This document shows, one piece after another, positions 21,767 through 29,034 of a DNA stretch of 32,000 nt (the first letter of the stretch is position 1; each line of letters begins with the position of its first letter). The notes under the pieces were generated by a model, which was not told the origin of the DNA, did no database searches, and saw nothing but the letters and a program-made list of their open reading frames with translations. The position numbers and the translations under genes are program-made. The stretch lies in assembly GCF_000008565.1 (NCBI RefSeq), contig NC_001263.1, forward strand, positions 2,194,957 to 2,226,956, read 5' to 3'. Origin of the DNA: Deinococcus radiodurans R1 = ATCC 13939 = DSM 20539. Its GTDB lineage: Bacteria; Deinococcota; Deinococci; Deinococcales; Deinococcaceae.

Positions 21767-22695
21767 CTCCACTGCCTCCAGCACCTCTGAGTCCGTGGCA
21801 ATTGGGCGCGAGCCTGTACGCGCCGGCCACGCGGCCTGACCTAGTGGCCCTGGGCAGCGGCAAGCACGCGAACCTGACCAGCCTCATCTACTGCACCGAG
21901 GACGCCGTGCGCGAGGCCGATGTGCCGCTGGCGCTGGACAACCTGCGCCGCGCCCTGCCCCAGTTGCCGCTGACGGGCGGCCCCCTGCGCTTTATTCGCG
22001 CCCGGAATCCGGAAGTGCTCGCGCACCTGCTGACGATGAACCTGAACGCTGTGACGGGGTTTGTCCTGCCGAAAATTCACGACGGCAACCTCGGCGAGTA
22101 CCTGCGGCTGCTGGAGCGCAGCGGGCTGGACCACCTGAAAGTCATGCCGACCCTGGAGACGCGCGAGGCCCTCAGCGAGACGCGCATGACGCTGCTGCGC
22201 GACCTGATCTTCATGGAAGGCTGGCAGAGCCGCGTGCTGAGCCTGCGCATCGGCGGCAACGACCTGCTGAACGCGCTGGGCGTGCGCCGCGCACCGGGCC
22301 GCACCCTGTACGAGGGGCCACTGGAACGCACCGTGTCCATGCTGGTGGGCGTGTTCAAACCCTACGGCCTGAGCCTGTCGAGCCCGGTGTACGAGGTGTA
22401 TTCCGACCCCGGCACCCTGGCCCGCGAGGTGCAGCAGGACCTGGAATATGGCCTGTGCGGCAAGACCATCATCCACCCGGCGCAGCTGCCGGTGGTGTTG
22501 GAGGGCTACCGCGTGCCAGAAACGGAACTGCTCGAAGCCCGCGCCATCCTCGCGCCCGACGCGCCAGCCGTCTTCACTATGCATGGCCGCATGTGCGAAC
22601 CGGCCACCCACACCCGCTGGGCCCAGGACATCCTGACCCGTGCGGAACTTTACGGCGTGAGCCTCGTACCTGAAGCAGAAGCTCTGCATTTCTGA
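21763..22695 (+). CDS. HpcH/HpaI aldolase - CitE-like C-C lyase family protein (Ter-associated)
   Basis: 310 aa. LGASLYAPATRPDL, LIYCTEDAV, LETREAL and GLCGKTIIHPAQLPVV parallel the CitE motifs seen in the paralogue at 10577..11401. Confidence 0.85.
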   Translation: MTPLPPAPLSPWQLGASLYAPATRPDLVALGSGKHANLTSLIYCTEDAVREADVPLALDNLRRALPQLPLTGGPLRFIRARNPEVLAHLLTMNLNAVTGFVLPKIHDGNLGEYLRLLERSGLDHLKVMPTLETREALSETRMTLLRDLIFMEGWQSRVLSLRIGGNDLLNALGVRRAPGRTLYEGPLERTVSMLVGVFKPYGLSLSSPVYEVYSDPGTLAREVQQDLEYGLCGKTIIHPAQLPVVLEGYRVPETELLEARAILAPDAPAVFTMHGRMCEPATHTRWAQDILTRAELYGVSLVPEAEALHF

Positions 22696-22723
22696 CTTCA
22701 ATTCACCCTCGGGAGGACTCGCA

Positions 22724-23176
22724 ATGGGATTTTTCAACAAGCTCCGGCAACTGGCGGAGGACGGCACCAAAATGGCGCAGGACGGGTACGCCCGCTTCAA
22801 CAACGCGGCCTTTGCAGACGCCACCATGGCCGCCTGCGCCCTGATCGGGGCGGCGGACGGCCAGATCGATTCGCAGGAACGCAGCCGCACCGCGCAGTTC
22901 ATCACCAGCAGCGACAAGCTCAGAACTTTCGACGTGAGCAAGCTCCGCGAGAAGTACGAGCGCTACTGCGACGTGATCAGCCGCGACTTCGACTTCGGGA
23001 AAATCGAGCTGATGCAGGTCATCGGCAAGGTCAGGAAGCCCGAGGAAGCCCGCGCCGTCGTGCAACTCGCCGTGGTCATCGCCAATGCGGACGGCGACTT
23101 CGATGCCCGCGAGCAAGCGGTCATGCGCGAAGTGATTCACGCCCTGGGCCTTTCTCCGGCGGAGTTCGGCCTCTAA
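22724..23176 (+). CDS. terB: Tellurite resistance protein TerB
   Basis: 150 aa. MGFFNKLRQ...[20 protein letters not shown]...[22 protein letters not shown] is typical TerB. An SD (gggagga) lies upstream. Confidence 0.9.
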   Translation: MGFFNKLRQLAEDGTKMAQDGYARFNNAAFADATMAACALIGAADGQIDSQERSRTAQFITSSDKLRTFDVSKLREKYERYCDVISRDFDFGKIELMQVIGKVRKPEEARAVVQLAVVIANADGDFDAREQAVMREVIHALGLSPAEFGL

Positions 23177-23230
23177 AGACACCCGCTTAAATACCCCCGC
23201 TGGGGGCCCTCGTTGGGAACCTCAGTGGGG

Positions 23231-23280
23231 ACGACAGTCACATAGCTTCCTTTTATACTCAGCGCTGAATATCAATTCAG
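23231..23280 (+). promoter_or_regulatory. Candidate terD promoter with a downstream palindrome (possible operator)
   Basis: ACGACA (23231-23236), a 17-nt spacer, then TATACT (23254-23259). The inverted repeat CTGAAT-atca-ATTCAG (23265-23280) abuts the SD aggagg. The stretch is locally AT-rich. Confidence 0.3.
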
Positions 23281-23291
23281 GAGGTTCAAAG

Positions 23292-23867
23292 ATGGCAGTT
23301 TCTCTTTCCAAAGGCGGCAACGTTTCTCTTTCCAAGGAAGCCCCCGGGCTCACCGGCATCGTGGTCGGTCTCGGCTGGGACCCCCGCGCCACCGACGGGC
23401 AGGCGTTCGACCTTGACGGCAGCGTCTTTTTGCTCGATGCCGGCGGCAAGGTGCGCGGCGACAGCGATTTCATCTTTTACAACAACAAAACCAGCAGCGA
23501 CGGCAGCGTCGAGCACACCGGCGACAACACCACCGGCGCGGGCGAAGGCGACGACGAGACCGTGAAGATCGACCTGAGCAAGGTGCCCGCCGACGTGGAC
23601 AAGATCGCCGTGTGCGTGACCATTCACGAGGCCGAGACGCGCAACCAGAACTTCGGTCAGGTCAGCAAGGCGTACATCCGCGTGATGAACCAGACCGGCG
23701 GCGCCGAAATCGCCCGCTACGACCTGTCCGAAGACGCCAGCACCGACACCGCCATGATCTTCGGCGAGGTCTACCGTCACGGCAGCGACTGGAAGTTCAA
23801 GGCCGTCGGGCAGGGCTACGCCGGGGGCCTCGCGCCGCTCGCCCGCAACTACGGCGTCAACGTCTGA
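23292..23867 (+). CDS. terD: TerD-family stress protein (single TerD domain), paralogue 1
   Basis: 191 aa. [15 protein letters not shown]...GLGWDP...[10 protein letters not shown]...[19 protein letters not shown]...[24 protein letters not shown] is canonical TerD/TerE. Confidence 0.95.
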   Translation: MAVSLSKGGNVSLSKEAPGLTGIVVGLGWDPRATDGQAFDLDGSVFLLDAGGKVRGDSDFIFYNNKTSSDGSVEHTGDNTTGAGEGDDETVKIDLSKVPADVDKIAVCVTIHEAETRNQNFGQVSKAYIRVMNQTGGAEIARYDLSEDASTDTAMIFGEVYRHGSDWKFKAVGQGYAGGLAPLARNYGVNV

Positions 23868-23890
23868 CCACCGCCTCAGAGAAAAGATCT

Positions 23891-23914
23891 GGGGGCGCCT
23901 GCCCCCTGTTTTTT
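23891..23914 (+). terminator. Intrinsic terminator after terD
   Basis: gggggc-gcct-gccccc stem-loop followed by tgtttttt. Confidence 0.75.
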
Positions 23915-23927
23915 CAACGACTTTCAC

Positions 23928-23932
23928 AGGTG
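23928..23932. repeat. Target-site duplication, left copy (AGGTG)
   Basis: AGGTG lies immediately outside the left IR. An identical AGGTG lies immediately outside the right IR (25255-25259). Confidence 0.75.
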
Positions 23933-23951
23933 CAATGGTTCGTGCAGTTTT
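23933..23951. repeat. IS left terminal inverted repeat
   Basis: CAATGGTTCGTGCAGTTTT, identical to the reverse complement of 25236-25254. Confidence 0.85.
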
Positions 23952-25200
23952 AGGCGGCTTTGAGGCCGAAATTTAGCGGACTGGACGGCAGATGTTCTAA
24001 TTCTTCAAAGCGGGCCGAGAGATCCAACTTGGACAAAATCACTTGGGCCAGCAGGGCGTTATACGCCCTGCGTTTCATGTCTTCGAGACTGAACACCAGA
24101 TTCTGTCCGCCCTCTGCTGCTCGCAGGGCCTCAAGGCGACAGAGGTTCAGGGTCAGCAAGACCACGTTCCAATGCGCCTCAATGCCTGGCTGTGACCGCA
24201 ATTGCACATCCTGGCCTCCCAGGAACTGCTTGGCATCCCGGAAGATCAGTTCAATCTCGAAACGGCTCCGGTACAGCGCAATGACCTCATGAGCGGGCAT
24301 CGTCACAGCGGTGCTGAACAGCACCGCGTAACCCGTCACTTGACCCTTTTTACCGACCTGCTGGATGACGACTGCACGCACTTCTCGCGCCCACTGCACG
24401 CTCCAGACCACCTGAGTCCACACCCGCTCGGTCGACGTTTCAGAAACGAGGTCAAAGCGCTGCAAGTCGCTGAAATCCACCTTGCCGTCGAACTTTTTTG
24501 GCCGTCCGCGTCGTCTGGGATGCTCGCCGGTATAGAGATACTTGAGGTTGGCGTTGCGAGGAAATCTGGAGATGAATGGGAGACCGTGACCGGTCACGGT
24601 CTCCACCATGGATTCTTTCGCATAGTTCCCATCCGCAACCACAGCGGCCAGATCAAGCCGTGGAACAGTCTGGAGATCAAGCAACACGTCATCCAGCTGG
24701 TCAGCGGCCTGTTCCAGACGACTCGGGGCCTCAGACCCGGTCCGGGTCTGACGGACATCGACCGTAAATGCCTGTCGGTGCTGGACGTCAATCAGGGCAC
24801 AGCAGGATTGCTCGATCCCACGTTCGGTCCGTGCGGCACAGCCATTCCAGAACGAGCCGAGGTGTGCGGTGTGCTGACCAGATTTGCGGTGAAAAGAGGC
24901 GTCGATGGCCAGAACGCACAGTGGGCTGATCAGCCCACTCTCAATCGCCGTGCTCACAGTCGCCCGGTGTACTGCGCCCCAGGGAATGGCCCCGGGGTCA
25001 CTTCGGTGCAGCCAACGACGGATCGTACTCTCTGAGCAGGCCGCATATCGGGAGAGGTTCAGGACGTTCAGCCGTCCAGGAACAGCGAGAAATACGCTAA
25101 GCAGCACGGTCAGAAAATTCCGCTGCGTCTTGCGCAGCGGGACCGCGCTGAGAACGTACTGTAGGATAGCCATTAGACCCATTGGAAGCGGTGTGTTCAC
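23950..25200 (-). CDS. IS4-family DDE transposase
   Basis: 416 aa. It contains the IS4 Y-x2-R-x3-E-x6-K signature exactly (YRSRFEIELIFRDAK). The stop codon lies inside the left IR. GTG start at 25200; an ATG 6 codons downstream is an alternative. Confidence 0.9.
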   Translation of the reverse strand: MNTPLPMGLMAILQYVLSAVPLRKTQRNFLTVLLSVFLAVPGRLNVLNLSRYAACSESTIRRWLHRSDPGAIPWGAVHRATVSTAIESGLISPLCVLAIDASFHRKSGQHTAHLGSFWNGCAARTERGIEQSCCALIDVQHRQAFTVDVRQTRTGSEAPSRLEQAADQLDDVLLDLQTVPRLDLAAVVADGNYAKESMVETVTGHGLPFISRFPRNANLKYLYTGEHPRRRGRPKKFDGKVDFSDLQRFDLVSETSTERVWTQVVWSVQWAREVRAVVIQQVGKKGQVTGYAVLFSTAVTMPAHEVIALYRSRFEIELIFRDAKQFLGGQDVQLRSQPGIEAHWNVVLLTLNLCRLEALRAAEGGQNLVFSLEDMKRRAYNALLAQVILSKLDLSARFEELEHLPSSPLNFGLKAA

Positions 25201-25235
25201 AGCCCCATTTTCGGTGGGTCTTTCTTTGTGACCTC

Positions 25236-25254
25236 AAAACTGCACGAACCATTG
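25236..25254. repeat. IS right terminal inverted repeat
   Basis: AAAACTGCACGAACCATTG is the reverse complement of the left IR. Confidence 0.85.
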
Positions 25255-25259
25255 AGGTG
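25255..25259. repeat. Target-site duplication, right copy (AGGTG); it doubles as the SD of the downstream terA
   Basis: AGGTGAgccactgATG. The duplicated pentamer is the core of the ribosome-binding site, 8 nt upstream of the ATG at 25268. Confidence 0.75.
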
Positions 25260-25267
25260 AGCCACTG

Positions 25268-26470
25268 ATGCAGACGTTTCAAACCGGCCAGAAAAGCCCC
25301 CTGAGCAGCCTCCTGCCCGGCCAGGGGTCGCCCACGCTGACGCTGAGTGCGCGGGTGACCGGCCCGGCCTCCGAGTACGACCTGATTCTGTTCGGCCTGG
25401 ACGCGAGCGGGCGGCTGGGCGACGACCGCTACATGGTGTTTTACAACCAGCCGCGCAGCCCCGAGGGCGCCCTCAGCATGCAGGGCGGCGCCCGGGGCGA
25501 GAAGGTCTTTACGCTCGACCTGGCCCGCCTGCCCGCCACCGTGCGGCGCCTGAGCCTGGCAGCGACCGTGGACGACGGCTCCTTCGGGGCCATTGACCAC
25601 GCCGAGGTCACGCTGAGCGCGGGCGGGACGCCGCTGCTGTCCTACCGCGTGACCGGACGCGACTTTCAGGCGCAGAAGGCCGTCATGTTGCTCGACGTGT
25701 ACTTCAAGGACGTGTGGCGCGTCGGCGCCGTCGGGCAGGGCTTCAACGGTGGGCTGGCCGCGCTGGTGCAGCACTTCGGCGGCGAGGTGGCCGGTACGCC
25801 TGCGGGCCGTCCGCCTGCACCGGTTTCGCCTCCCCCGGCGCCGTCACCCGCTCCGACTCCAGCGGCACCGCCACCCGCCGCCCCGCCTGTCTCCCTGCAA
25901 AAGATCACGCTGGACAAACAGGGGGCGAGCACCAAGCTGTCGCTCAAAAAGGGCGGCGGGGCCGACCCCATCCGCGTGAACTTGAACTGGGAGCGGGGCG
26001 GGGGGCTGTTTCGCGCGGGTGCCGACCTCGACCTGGGGTGCATGTACGTCCTGAACGACGGCAGCCGGGGCGTGATTCAGGCGCTCGGGAACCGTTTCGG
26101 GTCCGAGCGGCTCGCCCCGCACATCGAACTCGACCACGACGACCGCACCGGCGCCGCGCGGAACGGCGAGAACCTCACCATCTACCGCCCCGACCTCATC
26201 CACACGGTCTTGATCTTCGCCTTCATCTACGAGGGCACCAGCGACTTTACCCGCGTCGGGGGCCGCCTGACCCTCAAAGACCCGCGCGGCAACGAGATCA
26301 CGGTGCAGCTCAGCAACCCGGACATGCGCCGCACCTTCTGCGCCATTGCGACCATCGAGAACTACGGCGGCGAGATCAAGGTCACCAAAGAGGAGCGGTA
26401 CTTCGCGGGCCACCAAGAGTGCGACGAGCATTACGGCTTCGGGTTCCGCTGGTCGGCGGGCAGCAAGTGA
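25268..26470 (+). CDS. terA: TerA-like protein (N-terminal TerD-like domain, Pro/Ala linker, divergent C-terminal TerD-like domain)
   Basis: 400 aa. DDRYMVFYNQPRSPEG..., VGQGFNGGLAALVQHFGGEV, an AP-rich linker, then LSLKKGGGADPIRVNLNWERGGG...DLDLGCMYVL...DHDDRTGAARNGENLTIY. The N-terminal half is paralogous to the gene at 19562. Confidence 0.85.
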   Translation: MQTFQTGQKSPLSSLLPGQGSPTLTLSARVTGPASEYDLILFGLDASGRLGDDRYMVFYNQPRSPEGALSMQGGARGEKVFTLDLARLPATVRRLSLAATVDDGSFGAIDHAEVTLSAGGTPLLSYRVTGRDFQAQKAVMLLDVYFKDVWRVGAVGQGFNGGLAALVQHFGGEVAGTPAGRPPAPVSPPPAPSPAPTPAAPPPAAPPVSLQKITLDKQGASTKLSLKKGGGADPIRVNLNWERGGGLFRAGADLDLGCMYVLNDGSRGVIQALGNRFGSERLAPHIELDHDDRTGAARNGENLTIYRPDLIHTVLIFAFIYEGTSDFTRVGGRLTLKDPRGNEITVQLSNPDMRRTFCAIATIENYGGEIKVTKEERYFAGHQECDEHYGFGFRWSAGSK

Positions 26471-26539
26471 CGCAAGCCGGCGTGCTTCGCTGAGCACACG
26501 CTCCTCACCAGACACCCTCAACAGACATAAGGAGTGCAG

Positions 26540-27121
26540 ATGCCTATTTCGTTGCAAAAAGGTCAGCAGATTTCCCTCGCCAAGGAGGCCGGCCCCAGCC
26601 TCAGCACCGTGCAGATGGGCCTGGGCTGGGACGCCATCAAGAAAAAGGGCTTTTTCGGGTTCGGGGGCGGGCAGGCGGACGTGGACCTCGACGCCAACGC
26701 CCTGATGTTCGACGCCTCGGGTCAACTCGTGGACGTGGTGTGGTTCCGGCAGTTGCAGAGCAAGGACGGCAGCGTCCGCCACAGCGGCGACAACCGCACC
26801 GGGCAGGGCGACGGCGACGACGAAACCATCACGGTGGACCTGACCCGGCTGCCCGCCGCCGTCACGACCGTCATCTTCAGCGTGAACAACTACACTGGGC
26901 AGGACTTCGGGCAGGTGGAGAACGCCTACTGCCGCCTCGTCAACACCCAGGGCGGGCAGGAAATCGCGCGCTACAACCTCTCGGTGCAGGGCAACCACAG
27001 CGCCATGATTCTGGCAAGTCTCAAGCGCCAGGGCGGCGACTGGGCCATGACGGCCATCGGGGCGCCCAGCCGGGGCCGGACCTACATGGACAACCTGCCG
27101 GACATGCGTCCGCACCTCTGA
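26540..27121 (+). CDS. terZ: TerZ-like TerD-domain protein
   Basis: MPISLQKGQQISLAKE...GLGWDAIKKKGFFGFGGGQADVDLDANALMFD...GDNRTGQGDGDDETITVDL. The insertion after GLGWD is typical of TerZ. I chose the ATG at 26540, 5 nt after the SD aaggag. Confidence 0.9.
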   Translation: MPISLQKGQQISLAKEAGPSLSTVQMGLGWDAIKKKGFFGFGGGQADVDLDANALMFDASGQLVDVVWFRQLQSKDGSVRHSGDNRTGQGDGDDETITVDLTRLPAAVTTVIFSVNNYTGQDFGQVENAYCRLVNTQGGQEIARYNLSVQGNHSAMILASLKRQGGDWAMTAIGAPSRGRTYMDNLPDMRPHL

Positions 27122-27161
27122 CCCCTCGCCCCTCTCCCTTCCCATAAAGGACGGTACACAC

Positions 27162-27737
27162 ATGGCACTTTCACTGCAAAAAGGCGGCAACATTTCTCTG
27201 AGCAAGCAGGACGCCAACCTGCAACGCATTCTGGTGGGGCTGGGCTGGGACCCGCGTTCCACCGACGGCCAGCAATTCGACCTGGACGCCAGCGCGTTCC
27301 TGCTGACCAGCGGCGGCAAGGTGCGCGGCGACCACGACTTCATTTTCTACAACCAGCTTCGTTCGGTGGACGGCAGCGTGGAGCACACCGGCGACAACCG
27401 CGACGGCCAGGGCGAGGGCGACGACGAGGTCATCAAGATCAACCTGACGCAGGTGCCGGCCGAGGTGGAGCGAATCGCCGTGAGCGTCACCATCGACCAG
27501 GCCGAGCAGCGCCGCCAGAACTTCGGTCAGGTGGGCGGCGCCTTTATCCGCATCGTCAACGAGGACAACGGCCAGGAACTTACTCGCTACGACCTCGGTG
27601 AAGACTTTTCCACGGAAACCGCTGTCATTTTCGGTGAAGTGTACCGGCACGGCGGCGAGTGGAAATTCCGCGCCGTCGGGCAGGGCTACACCGGGGGCCT
27701 GGGGCCGCTGGCGCGCAACTACGGCGTGAACGTCTGA
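27162..27737 (+). CDS. terD: TerD-family stress protein, paralogue 2 (TerD/TerE-like)
   Basis: 191 aa, roughly 70% identical by eye to the product of 23292..23867 (MALSLQKGGNISLSK...GLGWDP...GDNRDGQGEGDDEVIKINL...[24 protein letters not shown]). Confidence 0.95.
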   Translation: MALSLQKGGNISLSKQDANLQRILVGLGWDPRSTDGQQFDLDASAFLLTSGGKVRGDHDFIFYNQLRSVDGSVEHTGDNRDGQGEGDDEVIKINLTQVPAEVERIAVSVTIDQAEQRRQNFGQVGGAFIRIVNEDNGQELTRYDLGEDFSTETAVIFGEVYRHGGEWKFRAVGQGYTGGLGPLARNYGVNV

Positions 27738-27751
27738 TCTTCCACTTCGCT

Positions 27752-27783
27752 GGGGGGAGCCTTTGAGCCCCCCTCCTTTTTTG
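27752..27783 (+). terminator. Putative intrinsic terminator after terD paralogue 2
   Basis: gggggg (27752-27757) pairs with cccccc (27768-27773) and is followed by tccttttttg. Confidence 0.6.
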
Positions 27784-27887
27784 CCACTCGATGGGGGCCG
27801 CGCCGTAATGGTGCGGGCTGGACCGCTGCCGAGCTTCACTGGGCCGAGCTTCATTGGGCGGCACCCACCCCTCAAGGAACTTTCTGA

Positions 27888-28937
27888 ATGAAAACTTTCC
27901 GTGAATTCTTCGGTTTCGCCACGCTGGTCACCGTCATCTGCCTCGCGATTGCCGCGTGGGACGGCTACGCCCGGGGCGGGCACACGCTGGCGGCACTGGC
28001 GAACGCGCTGGTCATCGCCGTGCTGCTGGGCGTGCTGGAAATCTCCCTGAGCTTCGACAACGCGGTCGTGAACGCCAGCGTGCTGCGGACCATGTCCGAG
28101 AAGTGGCAAAAACGCTTCCTGTTGTGGGGCATTTTGATCGCGGTGTTCGGGATGCGCTTCATCTTCCCCATCGTGATCGTGGCGCTCACGTCCGGCCTGG
28201 GCATGGGCGAAGTCATCCGCGAGGCGTTCGGGAACCCCGACATCTACGCCGAGCACCTGGAAAAAGCGCATGTGGCGATTTCCGCGTTCGGCGGCGCCTT
28301 CCTGATGATGGTGTTCCTGAAATACTTCATGGACCCGGACAAGGAAGAGCACTGGCTGACGCCCCTGGAGCGTCCGCTGGGCCGCATCGGCAAGCTCGAC
28401 ACCGTGCAGGCCGTGATCGTGGGGGCGCTGCTGCTGATTCTGACGCACCTGTTCGTCGCGCCCGCCGAGCAGTTTCAGGCGCTCACGGCGGGCCTCGTCG
28501 GGCTGCTCGTGTACCTGGTCATGGACGCCATCGGGAACCTCTTCGAGACCGACAACCTCGCCACCAAGGCGGGCGCGGCGGGGCTGGCCTCGTTCCTGTA
28601 TCTGGAGATTCTGGACGCCAGCTTCTCGCTCGACGGCGTGATCGGTGCGTTCGCCCTGACCAAGGACATCGTGCTGATCGCGGCGGGTCTGACCATCGGC
28701 GCGATTTTCGTGCGCTCCCTGACGGTCATGATGGTCAAGAAAGGCACGCTGGAGGCCTACCGGTTTCTGGAACACGGCGCGCACTACGGCATCGGGGCGC
28801 TGGCGGTCATCATGCTGCTGAGCATGAACCGTGACATTCACATCCCCGAGGTCGTGACCGGCCTGATCGGCGCGGGCTTCATCGTGCTGGCGGTGTGGGC
28901 GAGCCTCGTTGCCAACCGGCGTGAAAGTCTGAATTGA
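27888..28937 (+). CDS. terC: TerC-related integral membrane protein (DUF475-type)
   Basis: 349 aa with ~8-9 hydrophobic helices. The motif [14 protein letters not shown] is repeated as [17 protein letters not shown], the duplicated TerC-family signature. Confidence 0.85.
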   Translation: MKTFREFFGFATLVTVICLAIAAWDGYARGGHTLAALANALVIAVLLGVLEISLSFDNAVVNASVLRTMSEKWQKRFLLWGILIAVFGMRFIFPIVIVALTSGLGMGEVIREAFGNPDIYAEHLEKAHVAISAFGGAFLMMVFLKYFMDPDKEEHWLTPLERPLGRIGKLDTVQAVIVGALLLILTHLFVAPAEQFQALTAGLVGLLVYLVMDAIGNLFETDNLATKAGAAGLASFLYLEILDASFSLDGVIGAFALTKDIVLIAAGLTIGAIFVRSLTVMMVKKGTLEAYRFLEHGAHYGIGALAVIMLLSMNRDIHIPEVVTGLIGAGFIVLAVWASLVANRRESLN

Positions 28938-28957
28938 CTGTTCTACGGACAGGCAGA

Positions 28958-28990
28958 AGGGGGCGACTTGCGGGTCGCCCTCTTTCCTTT
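28958..28990 (+). terminator. Putative intrinsic terminator after terC
   Basis: gggcgac-ttgcgg-gtcgccc stem-loop followed by the T-rich tail tctttcctttg. Confidence 0.55.
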
Positions 28991-29034
28991 GCCGACCTGA
29001 CCGGGGGCAGACGGCGCGGCGTAGACTGGAGCCC

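Larger units (their letters stand above)
23933..25254 (-). mobile_element. IS4-family insertion sequence (1322 bp), possibly the IS2621 type known from D. radiodurans
   Basis: Bounded by 19-bp perfect terminal inverted repeats CAATGGTTCGTGCAGTTTT (23933-23951; reverse complement at 25236-25254) and flanked by a 5-bp direct repeat AGGTG. It carries a single DDE transposase ORF. The family name comes from the YREK signature. The IS2621 name is from memory only. Confidence 0.85.

Noticed and set aside
25150-25254. An outward-facing promoter in the right IS end driving terA-2
   Set aside because: Only a weak -35-like TTGTGA (25225-25230) is present, with no acceptable -10 at 16-19 nt spacing. 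I cannot support a promoter call from sequence alone.
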